This document shows, one piece after another, positions 8,064 through 17,375 of a stretch of DNA of 64,000 bases (its first letter is position 1; every line of letters starts with the position of its first letter). The stretch lies in the IMG/VR virus record IMGVR_UViG_3300036762_000188. One strand, written 5' to 3'. This DNA comes from a virus. Taxonomy: Duplodnaviria; Caudoviricetes. Below the pieces are notes generated by a model. The model worked only from the letters and a program-made list of their open reading frames with translations, was not told the origin of the DNA and did no database searches. The translations under genes were made by a program, and so were the position numbers.

Positions 8064-8083
8064 GCGGCTTCGGCCGCTTTTTT
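8062..8083 (+). terminator. intrinsic terminator
   Basis: AAGCGGC-TTCG-GCCGCTT plus T run. Confidence 0.85.
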
Positions 8084-8095
8084 ATTGGGTGTAAT

Positions 8096-8335
8096 ATGGC
8101 AGAACATGAAGTGGCTATGGCCAGACTGCAGCGTAAGCTGGATAAGAAGGATAAGAGGATAGAGCGATTGGAGCAGCATATAGCTAGACTAGAGCATACT
8201 CTAGCTTGCAGGACGTTAGATCTTAAGTCTATAACACCTGATGTAACTAAGGCTGTGTCAGATGCGTTATGTAATGTACGGATGATACCTGTATTGGGCC
8301 CATCTAAAAGATTAGAAGTGAAGGTGGTAGAATGA
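8096..8335 (+). CDS. coiled-coil hypothetical protein
   Basis: Likely start MAEHEV downstream of the terminator. Confidence 0.6.
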   Translation: MAEHEVAMARLQRKLDKKDKRIERLEQHIARLEHTLACRTLDLKSITPDVTKAVSDALCNVRMIPVLGPSKRLEVKVVE

Positions 8336-8910
8336 CTAGATTTAAATGTGAACAGCGATACATAGTCTTGAAGTGTAAAGACCTTGACTACCTTGATAAC
8401 GAATCTATAGTGCAGTTGAATAATATTCAAATAGCTATAGATGATGGTAGAGCGTCCGATGGTAAACCACCGTTGAATGCAGTGGTAGTAGAGGAGGACT
8501 GGCCTGAATACGAAATGGTATGGCGCTCAATAGAGGCTAGATCAGTCTTAGCAACACCTACTCTCGCGCGGTGTCACATTGAGGAGGTACTTATGGAGAT
8601 GTTAGCTAACTTCCATAAAGAGATCCCTTTAGACTCTGGTATAGAAGGTTTAACCCCTGAGGCAGTATATGCCATACTCCACAGTAAACTGGCGTGCGAA
8701 TATCATACGGTAAAGGGTAAGAGTGTACCGGCCCCAGTAAAGGTAATACCCAGCATTTACTACTATGTATCAGATACCGGTAATGTACTTAGATGTGTAG
8801 TACATAGCAGTCCAACCGATATTGATAACTTCCGCCTTAAGACTGGTAACGTGTATCGTAATGAAGACGATGCCTTTTTGAATTATAAAGCTTCCGTGGA
8901 GTTACTATGA
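8332..8910 (+). CDS. two-domain hypothetical protein (RxxTGN family member 1)
   Basis: N-terminal RYIVLK...VVVEEDWPEYE phage domain; C-terminus shared with the next two genes. Confidence 0.7.
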   Translation: MTRFKCEQRYIVLKCKDLDYLDNESIVQLNNIQIAIDDGRASDGKPPLNAVVVEEDWPEYEMVWRSIEARSVLATPTLARCHIEEVLMEMLANFHKEIPLDSGIEGLTPEAVYAILHSKLACEYHTVKGKSVPAPVKVIPSIYYYVSDTGNVLRCVVHSSPTDIDNFRLKTGNVYRNEDDAFLNYKASVELL

Positions 8911-9266
8911 GTGAACTTATAGACGTACTCGATAAGATGCGTGCTAACTTAGCAGATGGTATACCTTTTAACCGCGGTATAGCCGGGGCCGACTTGCTCT
9001 ACGAAGATTTATCTAAGTGCTATGTGGTAAGGACTCACGTGGTCAACGGAGAGACTGTACCTGCACCCCTATCGTATCTACCAGCCCCATCTTACTTCTT
9101 CATAAATTCATCAGGGGCAGTCACTAGAGATTCTAACATTCGGTCACACGACGTGACAGAGGCCTATCCTGAGCTTAATCATACAGACACCTATCGTATT
9201 CGTACAGGTAATGTATTCAAAAGTAAACATGATGCTATGGTAAACTTATTGGCTACGATGAAGTGA
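8907..9266 (+). CDS. hypothetical protein (RxxTGN family member 2)
   Basis: VPAP...YFFI...RIRTGNVF. Confidence 0.7.
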   Translation: MSELIDVLDKMRANLADGIPFNRGIAGADLLYEDLSKCYVVRTHVVNGETVPAPLSYLPAPSYFFINSSGAVTRDSNIRSHDVTEAYPELNHTDTYRIRTGNVFKSKHDAMVNLLATMK

Positions 9267-9269
9267 CGG

Positions 9270-9461
9270 GTGGTATGTTACATAGACCTAGGAGACACTT
9301 ACTTCTACATAAGTGACGTCGGTACTGTAAATAAAGAGACTTACGAGAGAACTGCTGCAGACTGTTACAGGCTTGCCACAGGTAATACTTACTGTAGCCG
9401 TGAAGAGGCGGAGTCTTATATGATAGATGACATACGTAAAAAATATGAGGGTATTGTATGA
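9270..9461 (+). CDS. hypothetical protein (RxxTGN family member 3)
   Basis: YFYI...RLATGNTY. Confidence 0.65.
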   Translation: MVCYIDLGDTYFYISDVGTVNKETYERTAADCYRLATGNTYCSREEAESYMIDDIRKKYEGIV

Positions 9462-9501
9462 AGATAGAACTGAGAGCCCGTACTATAGTGAGAGGTGGTC
9501 T

Positions 9502-10398
9502 ATGAGATTAATAGGTATGACGCCTACCGGCGTTCCGCACTTAGGTCACTACGTAAGCATCCTGCGTAATCCACAGGACTCACTATGCTTAGTAGCAGAC
9601 TATCACGCTATGGTTAAAGGATCTACTGACCTACTAGGTAACAGTCGGGTGCTTCACGCAGCCTTCGAGGCGACAGGCGCTGATCCTACCAAAATCTACA
9701 CTCAGTCCAGTATACCAGAGGTCTTGGAGTTATATTGGATCCTCAACTGCATGACCCCTAAGGGTATGCTCAACCGCTCACATGCTTACGTCAGCGCCCT
9801 ACAGGGTGATCAGGGTCGTATACAGGCTGGTCTCTTCAATTATCCAGTGCTCATGGCTGCAGACATCCTGTTAGTCAATGCGGATACGGTAGTAATAGGG
9901 CGCGATCAGTTATCCCATATGGAGTTAGCAGCCTTCTTAGCTAACCGCTTCAACAAACGCTACGGCGAGGTGTTCCGCGTACCCGCGTATGAGGTAACTG
10001 ATATACTTCCCGGCAGGGATGGGTTGAAGATGGGTAAGAGCGCCGGTAATAGTATACCGCTGTTCTCTTCACCCGAGCAATTGCTTAAGGATATCAAAGG
10101 TATTAAGACGGATAGTAGACTCCCAGGGGAGCCTAAGGATCTTATACCTATCTTCGACTTGTGGAAGGCCTTCGCTACCGAGGAGCAGACGGAGGAGATG
10201 CGGGTAGCCTTCAGAGAGGGTATAGGCTGGGGTGACTTTAAGGTCAAGCTATTCAACCTTATTAACGATGAAATCAAGGACGCACGCGAGCGATACTATG
10301 AGCTAATGAATAAGCCATATCAGCCAGTAAACGACGTGTATTATACTGCACGCAGTACCTTAGATAAAGTCAAAGAGCTAGTATGGAGTAAGACATGA
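9502..10398 (+). CDS. trpS: tryptophanyl-tRNA synthetase
   Basis: PTGVPHLGHY (HIGH), ADYHA, YPVLMAADIL, GRDQ, KMGKS; start chosen after GAGGTGG. Confidence 0.92.
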   Translation: MRLIGMTPTGVPHLGHYVSILRNPQDSLCLVADYHAMVKGSTDLLGNSRVLHAAFEATGADPTKIYTQSSIPEVLELYWILNCMTPKGMLNRSHAYVSALQGDQGRIQAGLFNYPVLMAADILLVNADTVVIGRDQLSHMELAAFLANRFNKRYGEVFRVPAYEVTDILPGRDGLKMGKSAGNSIPLFSSPEQLLKDIKGIKTDSRLPGEPKDLIPIFDLWKAFATEEQTEEMRVAFREGIGWGDFKVKLFNLINDEIKDARERYYELMNKPYQPVNDVYYTARSTLDKVKELVWSKT

Positions 10399-11234
10399 AG
10401 AATTACTTAGACTTAATACACTACGTTAAAGATAACGGCCGTACCGCCCAGACCCGTAGCGGTGAGACCCTGCGCGTATTTGATTACAAGCTAGAATACG
10501 ACGTGCGCTATGGCTTCCCTGCAGTAACTACTAAACGACTACCGTTCAACCTTATATCCGGGGAGCTACTCTGGTTCCTTAACGGCTATACCACCCTGCG
10601 TAGCCTCAGAAGGCTCTCAGGGCTCGCAGAGGACGCGCGGACCATCTGGACTGATGATTACCTTAGATGGAGCGCTGGAAGCTCTGAGCGCCCTCTCAAC
10701 GACCCTCAGGACCTAGGTAAGCTGTATGGGTACCAGTGGCGTCGTGGGGTGGATCAGGTAGCCCGTCTGGTCGATACCATACAGAAGGATCCTACTAGCC
10801 GCTACCTACGTGTGGAAGCCTGGAATCCAGAGACGGTAGTTAACGGCGAGGCTGCCCTACCGCCCTGCCACACCGGCTTCACAGTATTCGTAGAGGATGG
10901 ATATCTAGATCTTAAATGGCGCCAGCGCTCTGTAGACGTGTTCCTCGGACTGCCCTTTAACATAGCCAGCTACGCGCTGCTACTACACATACTAGCCAGT
11001 ATCACTGGGCTAATCCCGCGCCGACTCATAGGCGATCTGGACGACGTGCATATTTACACGGCTCACATGAGCGCAGTGGATGAGCAGTTAGCCCGTACCC
11101 CTAAGGCTCTACCCACCCTGGTCATGCCGGAAATACCCTCCCTCCTCAGTGTAACTGATCTAACCTGCCATGACTTCAGATTAGACGGCTATGAACCACA
11201 TCCTACTATAAAAGCCCCTCTACTGGTAGGATAA
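10395..11234 (+). CDS. thyA: thymidylate synthase
   Basis: TTKR, ELLWFL, LPPCH, QRSVDVFLGLPFNIASY, HIY. Confidence 0.96.
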   Translation: MKNYLDLIHYVKDNGRTAQTRSGETLRVFDYKLEYDVRYGFPAVTTKRLPFNLISGELLWFLNGYTTLRSLRRLSGLAEDARTIWTDDYLRWSAGSSERPLNDPQDLGKLYGYQWRRGVDQVARLVDTIQKDPTSRYLRVEAWNPETVVNGEAALPPCHTGFTVFVEDGYLDLKWRQRSVDVFLGLPFNIASYALLLHILASITGLIPRRLIGDLDDVHIYTAHMSAVDEQLARTPKALPTLVMPEIPSLLSVTDLTCHDFRLDGYEPHPTIKAPLLVG

Positions 11235-11246
11235 TACCCGTATAGT

Positions 11247-11256
11247 GTTATAAGTA
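11247..11256 (+). promoter_or_regulatory. GTTATAAGTA promoter-like motif
   Basis: Intergenic, ahead of AAGGAGG RBS; TATAAGT sits in the loop of an imperfect hairpin. Confidence 0.6.
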
Positions 11257-11276
11257 CATTATACTAAGGAGGTACT

Positions 11277-11624
11277 ATGTACTTATATCGTCTAGAATCA
11301 TTTGATAAGTTTATAGGCTACGTCAATAGTGGCCCCTGGCGCTGTGACAATGCCTTCGCAGCAGGTATAGTACCTCATGACATAGATGATCTCTCTCATC
11401 CACATCCCTATGATGATGGACTTACTATACACGAAAACGAGGTGTGTGGAGTAAGGTCTATGAGGGATATAGACCACTGGTTTCCTCGTAGGTTTAAGAC
11501 CCGCTCTAAGTTCAGGGTAGTCAAGTATTACGTACCTACGGAGCACTGTAAGATCGGCCGCCGTCAGGTAGTATTCCCTGCCGAGAAGGCTCGAGTAGTA
11601 CACACCCTATACATCAAGGATTAA
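11277..11624 (+). CDS. hypothetical phage protein
   Basis: YRLE...HPHPYDD...WF...QVVF; strong RBS. Confidence 0.7.
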   Translation: MYLYRLESFDKFIGYVNSGPWRCDNAFAAGIVPHDIDDLSHPHPYDDGLTIHENEVCGVRSMRDIDHWFPRRFKTRSKFRVVKYYVPTEHCKIGRRQVVFPAEKARVVHTLYIKD

Positions 11625-11626
11625 AT

Positions 11627-12832
11627 ATGAAGAAAGCTATTATAATAGGTGGAGGTACGTTCTCACACGTCACCAGCCACCTATCACTGGCGGCGCCGGC
11701 CTTCGGTACTACTGCTAGATATCTGCACAGCATATTCCCGTCCGGTATGGACTCGGAATTGGTGCTGACTAAGATGGCAGATCCTGCTAGCAGTATAGTC
11801 ACTAACCGGGATTTAGAGGATTACGTTGATACTCTGATATCCCTCAACACCACTAAGATAGTATTCTTTAACCCTGCCGTATGTGATTTTGAAGGGTCCG
11901 TAAGCGGACACCAGGGTAAGTACTCTACTAGATTGAAATCCTCTGCTCCTGCCATCATAGACTTAACTCCGGCTGATAAGATCGTAGGCAAGATCCGTAA
12001 GAAGCGTAAGGATATACTCGTAGTAGCCTTCAAGACTACCTGCGGGGAGACTCGCGCCGAGCAGTTCCGCCAGGGTCTGGATATGCTTAAGCGCAACTCT
12101 GTTAACCTAGTAGTGGTTAATGATGTTAAGACGCGGGAGAATATGATTGTAACTCCAGAGGAAGGGGTGTACTACGGTACTCGAGAGGAGGTACTTAATA
12201 TGGCTGTAGAAATGGCGTACCTACGCAGCCATCTTAGTTTTACCCGCTCTACCGTAATAGCAGGCGACACGATACCATGGGTAAGTGATTTAGTACCTGC
12301 CAATTTACGCACCGTAGTTGACTGGCTAGTATCGGAGTCTGCGTACCATGTGTTTAATGGTGCTACTACGGGGCATTTCGCGGCTAAGCTAGGGCACGGA
12401 CATTTCCTGACTTCTATCCGGAAGACTAATTTTAACGACATCTTCACTAACGGTATGGTGGAGGTGCGCACTTCAGGCCTTGACGAGGTGATAGCCATAG
12501 GAGCTAAGCCTTCCGTAGGCGGGCAGAGTCAGCGGGTTATATTCGACGCTACTGATCTAGACTGCATAGTGCACTTCCACTGTCCACTACTAGAGGGATC
12601 TAAGGTACCGGTAGTATCACAACGTGAGTACGAGTGCGGCAGCCTTCAGTGTGGTATAAACACCCGCGATGGGCTTAAGAAGTTCGAACACTGCCTAGCG
12701 GTCATGCTGGACATGCACGGGCCTAACATAGTGTTCAGTAAGGATACTGATCCAGCGGATATCATAGAGTTTATCCGACTTAACTTCGACCTATCTAAGC
12801 CTACTAACGGCTTTAGTGAGGTCTACCTATAG
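11627..12832 (+). CDS. CoaB/DFP-like domain fused to a class II aldolase-like domain
   Basis: N-terminal GGGT, PAVCDF, VAFKT, VVVND; C-terminal GHFA, TSIRK, KPS, VHFHCP, HG. Confidence 0.65.
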   Translation: MKKAIIIGGGTFSHVTSHLSLAAPAFGTTARYLHSIFPSGMDSELVLTKMADPASSIVTNRDLEDYVDTLISLNTTKIVFFNPAVCDFEGSVSGHQGKYSTRLKSSAPAIIDLTPADKIVGKIRKKRKDILVVAFKTTCGETRAEQFRQGLDMLKRNSVNLVVVNDVKTRENMIVTPEEGVYYGTREEVLNMAVEMAYLRSHLSFTRSTVIAGDTIPWVSDLVPANLRTVVDWLVSESAYHVFNGATTGHFAAKLGHGHFLTSIRKTNFNDIFTNGMVEVRTSGLDEVIAIGAKPSVGGQSQRVIFDATDLDCIVHFHCPLLEGSKVPVVSQREYECGSLQCGINTRDGLKKFEHCLAVMLDMHGPNIVFSKDTDPADIIEFIRLNFDLSKPTNGFSEVYL

Positions 12833-13617
12833 TGGATATTTTGCAGCACGCTTACAATATAGGTGCCACACACATGTCAGTCTATGATACTTATTATAAG
12901 GATATAACCGCAGGTAGTTACATGATCTCCTTCTGCAAAATCCCCCAGAAGGGGGAGGATCCTGAGGCAAACTGGCATTACCGTAACGGCATACCTCAGG
13001 GTTTTTTTAAAGGGGATGTGGTAAAGATAGATTATACGCCCTTAGGTCCTAACCCAGAGCGTAATACCCCGGAGATGAAGCGGTTGAGATACGCTTACGA
13101 TAGGAAGGCTACTCATAGATCCACGACCGTCAACCTCTATTACAGAAACATTCTTAAAGGCGCGTCTTATGAAACCTGTACTGATGCTTCTGACTGGATT
13201 CATCGCAAAGGTAGCCCTGACGGTGACATAGTAGAGATAGACTATAGCCCGTTGCTCCTAAGAATCGCACCGCGTGATATGCGGTGTTTCGATAAGGTAT
13301 ACAGTGTTATAGGAGAGGCTGCTAAGGAGGAATTGCAGAGAGTCATTGATAGCATGCATACTAAAGGCTACTGTATCGAGGATATGATTAACAAACCCTT
13401 AGTCGATGCCTTTAATTGGAAGATCTCTCCTCAGGGAGATACTTTCTGGCAGGATATTAACAAAGGGCATACCCCCAGGGGTTATGTACAGACTACGGGC
13501 AACCAGTTTTCACAAGGGATTACGTGTATTATATCTAATGGATGCGATGAGTTACAGGTAGCTATGGATATTCTAACTTTAGCACGGGCTGAAGTACACC
13601 GTCTTACCAAGGAGTAG
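12832..13617 (+). CDS. hypothetical protein with a duplicated ATH...IDYxPL domain
   Basis: Two internal copies of AY..xATH...YY...W.H...GDxVxIDYxPL. Confidence 0.7.
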   Translation: MDILQHAYNIGATHMSVYDTYYKDITAGSYMISFCKIPQKGEDPEANWHYRNGIPQGFFKGDVVKIDYTPLGPNPERNTPEMKRLRYAYDRKATHRSTTVNLYYRNILKGASYETCTDASDWIHRKGSPDGDIVEIDYSPLLLRIAPRDMRCFDKVYSVIGEAAKEELQRVIDSMHTKGYCIEDMINKPLVDAFNWKISPQGDTFWQDINKGHTPRGYVQTTGNQFSQGITCIISNGCDELQVAMDILTLARAEVHRLTKE

Positions 13618-13620
13618 CTC

Positions 13621-14061
13621 TTGATAAAACTAAGTATCAGGCAATTGAAACGCGCCCTTGACGTATCTGCCACTCACGTAGATCCTATAAGTAAACCCTA
13701 CCGCTTTTGCAAAGGAGTTAACAGGGTAACAGGAGAGTACCTGTCTAGATCTCCTAAGGACTCTGACTGGGTGCATAATGGTCTACTTTACGGTAATGCT
13801 TTCCATCTATGTAAGATAGACTTTCAGCCGCTCTTACGGTCCGGTGAGTACCTAGTATTCCCTCTTCACTCCTCTTTGATCGGCAGGAAGGTTGTATTCA
13901 ACGGTTACGCCAAGCATGGGCTTAATAAGTACGAGAAGGGAGTAGCTTACACTATAGAGGAGCACTCCGGAGGCGGTATAGGTCCTTTAGATGAGGATGG
14001 GTCTATACCCACGCCTAACTGCTACAACAGCTATGTATTTACACTGGAGGGTGGATCATGA
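13621..14061 (+). CDS. hypothetical protein with the same ATH domain
   Basis: SATH...DWVH...IDFQPLL. Confidence 0.6.
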   Translation: MIKLSIRQLKRALDVSATHVDPISKPYRFCKGVNRVTGEYLSRSPKDSDWVHNGLLYGNAFHLCKIDFQPLLRSGEYLVFPLHSSLIGRKVVFNGYAKHGLNKYEKGVAYTIEEHSGGGIGPLDEDGSIPTPNCYNSYVFTLEGGS

Positions 14062-14990
14062 AGTATAGGATGAGACCGTTAGTAGTAGACGCCGTTCAGT
14101 GGACTGGAGATAATCTGCTAGAGGTGACTAGACATCTGGGTAACAAGGTTAATGCCATGGATCGGCGATGGGAAGACTACGTAGATTTAGTGGCGCGTAG
14201 AGGCTTGGAGATACAGTCACTAAGAGGTAGGATACCTGTAAACATAGGTGACTACATAATTAATGACTCCTGGTATAGCGTAGTTGATCCTGCGACTTTC
14301 AAGAAGCTCTATGAGCTGGTAGAACCCTATACTTTTACTCTACGTAAGACCCAGGGTTATAGTGAGTTGGTCATGCGCCGGGCAGAGATCACTGAGACTT
14401 CACTGGCAGATGAGGATTCTAACTCATGCGCCTCCTGTGAGAATACAATAGAGCCGAGTGGACCTGTTATAAGTACTACGTATACACAGGAGAAACTTAT
14501 GAATTTAGATAACAAAGCAGTAAGAACAGGAGTATTGGTTAAGCAATATTTATTATTGCGTATCCTAGAGAACACCAGCACTACTGTGCTGCGCAAGGAT
14601 TTATCAGGCTGCCCAGACATACTAAACCGGCGCAATCTGGCTACGTTAATCGATCCACTGCTACGCCGTGGGTGGGCTACTAGCCAGGAGTCGCTGGTAG
14701 AGGGGGTATACTGGTATAACATAACTTCCCTAGGGTGTTTGATATTATCCGAGTACTTCGGTAAGTCAATATCCCGCGCTAACGCCATTAAGGCTTTAGA
14801 GTTCTCACATCACTTCTGTGATGTAACCACTCTACAGCTTAAGGCTATGATGGAGCTTCGGAGGGGCCGTGAGGTACGCCCTGGACATCCGGTAGTTATG
14901 CTGGAGAAGAAGGGTTTAGTGGAAGAGGGTCACCTCACCGCTAGCGGGGCGCATGCGCTAAGTGTAATGCGCAAGCTGTTCAAGAAGTAA
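14058..14990 (+). CDS. phage protein fused in frame to a probable winged-helix gene starting at 14499
   Basis: N-terminal KYRMRPLVVDAVQWTG...GDYII domain; internal promoter motif, RBS and ATG. Confidence 0.6.
   Translation: MKYRMRPLVVDAVQWTGDNLLEVTRHLGNKVNAMDRRWEDYVDLVARRGLEIQSLRGRIPVNIGDYIINDSWYSVVDPATFKKLYELVEPYTFTLRKTQGYSELVMRRAEITETSLADEDSNSCASCENTIEPSGPVISTTYTQEKLMNLDNKAVRTGVLVKQYLLLRILENTSTTVLRKDLSGCPDILNRRNLATLIDPLLRRGWATSQESLVEGVYWYNITSLGCLILSEYFGKSISRANAIKALEFSHHFCDVTTLQLKAMMELRRGREVRPGHPVVMLEKKGLVEEGHLTASGAHALSVMRKLFKK
14466..14475 (+). promoter_or_regulatory. GTTATAAGTA motif, intragenic
   Basis: Followed by AGGAG and an in-frame ATG at 14499. Confidence 0.55.
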
Positions 14991-15008
14991 ACATTAAGGT
15001 TGCAACGC

Positions 15009-15018
15009 GTTATAAGTA
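15009..15018 (+). promoter_or_regulatory. GTTATAAGTA motif ahead of the ter cluster
   Basis: Flanked by two GTTGCAAC palindromes. Confidence 0.6.
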
Positions 15019-15075
15019 TAATGTGTTGCAACCGCCTTCTTAGCGGAAGGCACCTTTTTAATTAGGAGAAATACC

Positions 15076-15675
15076 ATGGACTTTACCAAAATACCTGCAG
15101 GCGTACATACAGCTAAGCTGAACTTCAGCAAAGCCACTTTGGCTACTAGCGTAGAGCTATCGGCCAAAAATCTCCGCGTGGAGATGTTCTGGGAAAATGA
15201 AGGTGACGGCGAGTTAATCGCGGTCCTTACCGAAGCCGGTAAGATGATACCCGGTGCAGACGCCTCGGACAGCTACAAGCTGAACGGTGCTTTGTACTAC
15301 CACAATAAATCTCTGCCGGGCCTTAAGCACCTGGGTGACTGCCGTGAAGGCGGTGACGGCGATCCGTCTACCCCGGAAGAGACTATTAGCATTAACTTGT
15401 CTGAAGTAATGGTTAATGAGATCAGTCTTATCGTCGGTACTTCAAGCGAAAGCGAACCTCTGCCGTTAGGCAAACTGGGAGGCTGCCGCATGCTCCTAGT
15501 GGATGATGATACTAACGACGTGCTTCTGGGCACTGAAATCGTGGATGCTGATAACACATCTAACGAGATCTGTACGCTTAAGCGCGACAACGGTCGTTGG
15601 TTCTACGAGAAGACTGGTCGCTCAATCGGCAAGTCTGCCATGGCTATGGCGGACGTGTACGCTTCCTATCAGTAA
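15076..15675 (+). CDS. TerD-family stress protein
   Basis: LKHLGDCREG...ETISINL, ICTLKRDNGRW. Confidence 0.8.
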   Translation: MDFTKIPAGVHTAKLNFSKATLATSVELSAKNLRVEMFWENEGDGELIAVLTEAGKMIPGADASDSYKLNGALYYHNKSLPGLKHLGDCREGGDGDPSTPEETISINLSEVMVNEISLIVGTSSESEPLPLGKLGGCRMLLVDDDTNDVLLGTEIVDADNTSNEICTLKRDNGRWFYEKTGRSIGKSAMAMADVYASYQ

Positions 15676-15713
15676 GTTTAAAGCCCTCCTACGGGAGGGC
15701 CTCTGGAGACAAT

Positions 15714-16325
15714 ATGAATTTCAACCTTGATTTTAGTAAAGCCCAGACTATATCTGCTGGCCAGACCATTCAGTTCGCTAAAGATAACCCTGGTCTGACC
15801 AAGGTACGCGCTGAGCTATACTGGCAGAGCGAGCATGACGCTGACGTCAGCGTATTAGTGCTTGAAAACGGTAAGATTCTACCTGGGTTAATGAACTCAG
15901 ATAGTAATTCTACCAAGGGCATGCTCTGGTATTTCAACCCTGTACTACCAGGGCTTAAGCATAGCGGAGACGTCCTGGAGTCTACCGGTACTGGACCGGA
16001 AGAGACTATTTACATCGACCTGTCTAAGACGGAAGGTGACGAGCTGCTGATAGTAGCTTCTACCGACTGCGGCGGGGTGGCCGGTCAATCACTACCAGGC
16101 GTACCATTCGGTAAGGTACGCAATTGTAAGATCCTGATCATCAACGATCTTACCAACGAGGTATTATACTCGTATGAATTGGACGAAGACTTTAGCACCT
16201 ACACCTCTGTAGAGATGGCTTCTTTCTACGTCCGTAATAATGAATGGCGCTTTAAATCCCGCGGTGTTGGTGTAGCCAACACTCCACATGGCCTAGAAGG
16301 CATCTACCTCAAGTATAAAGGTTAA
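15714..16325 (+). CDS. TerD-family stress protein
   Basis: DADVS, HSGD, EETIYIDL, FGKVRN, YELDEDFS, NNEWRFK; start after GGAG. Confidence 0.88.
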   Translation: MNFNLDFSKAQTISAGQTIQFAKDNPGLTKVRAELYWQSEHDADVSVLVLENGKILPGLMNSDSNSTKGMLWYFNPVLPGLKHSGDVLESTGTGPEETIYIDLSKTEGDELLIVASTDCGGVAGQSLPGVPFGKVRNCKILIINDLTNEVLYSYELDEDFSTYTSVEMASFYVRNNEWRFKSRGVGVANTPHGLEGIYLKYKG

Positions 16326-16327
16326 TT

Positions 16328-16957
16328 ATGTTAAACTTCGCTAAAGTACAACCTGGTTCTTCCCTGAATTTCGCCAAGGATACCGGTGTATTACACTTCG
16401 GTATGAACTGGTCTACTATGAAAAATGGAAGTTCCGTCGACTTGGACGCCGGTATTCTAATCGCTAAGAAGTCCTCAGTTAAGGGTTTCCTAGGCTTCGG
16501 TAGTAAGTCATCTGCGGAAGTCGTAGAGTTCTGTAACTTCGGATCTCCTCTAGTACCAGGTGATCCGCGTGGATCTAAGCGTCGTGCTACCGCTCGTATC
16601 ACCCATAGTGGTGACGATCGTGTCGGCGACACCAGTCTTGACTACTCAGACAATGAAGTAGTCTCATTCGACCCGGCTTCCCTGAAAGAAGACGAAGTAG
16701 CTTTGATCGGACTGTGGTCTTTCCAAGGGCATAACCTTAAGGATGTCCCTCGTGCAGGCGTGCGCGTATACAAAGGGGCGCCTAATGCGCCTACTGAAGC
16801 CCTGGCTGAAGTAGATCTTACTGATATGTCGGGACGCAGTCTTACACTGGGCTCTGTGACATTCGAGAACGGTGCAGCGGTATTCCGTAGCATCGGTAAA
16901 TGCGGTAATTCTACATACCCTAGTGACTGGTCTAAGGAGGCCTTAGCATATGTTTGA
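16328..16957 (+). CDS. TerD/TerZ-family stress protein
   Basis: GMNW, VDLDAG, HSGDDRVGD...DNE, SFQG. Confidence 0.88.
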   Translation: MLNFAKVQPGSSLNFAKDTGVLHFGMNWSTMKNGSSVDLDAGILIAKKSSVKGFLGFGSKSSAEVVEFCNFGSPLVPGDPRGSKRRATARITHSGDDRVGDTSLDYSDNEVVSFDPASLKEDEVALIGLWSFQGHNLKDVPRAGVRVYKGAPNAPTEALAEVDLTDMSGRSLTLGSVTFENGAAVFRSIGKCGNSTYPSDWSKEALAYV

Positions 16958-17375
16958 TGCAGCGTCTATCTTGAATAAAGTGATGAATGCACTGCCTGCC
17001 GCTGTCAATGACGAGCGTCAGTACGTTAAGTCCCTATCTGCAGCACTGACTCTGTCAGTAGCAGCTGACGGTGTGTACGAAGCCGGTGAGTTTCAGCAGG
17101 CTTGCGATTATATCTCCAAGGATACTGTGGTAGTACGACACGATATGCAGGAGATCTCGTTAGACTACTTCCGCGGTTACGTTAAGTACATCGAAGAAGC
17201 TATGAAGGCTAATGATCATAACTTCGTGATGATGCGTCAGGAACTACTCAACGAGGTCAAGAAGACTCCGTCTGAGTATAACCGTACGCTGCGTAACGTA
17301 TTAACTGATCTCAAGCGATACGTTGAAGTGGCTGCTGAGCGTAAAATGATCGAGTCCATGGAGGCCGTTCTATAA
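16950..17375 (+). CDS. TerB-like protein
   Basis: VAADGVYEAGE motif, C-terminal AERK; ter context. Confidence 0.7.
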   Translation: MFDAASILNKVMNALPAAVNDERQYVKSLSAALTLSVAADGVYEAGEFQQACDYISKDTVVVRHDMQEISLDYFRGYVKYIEEAMKANDHNFVMMRQELLNEVKKTPSEYNRTLRNVLTDLKRYVEVAAERKMIESMEAVL

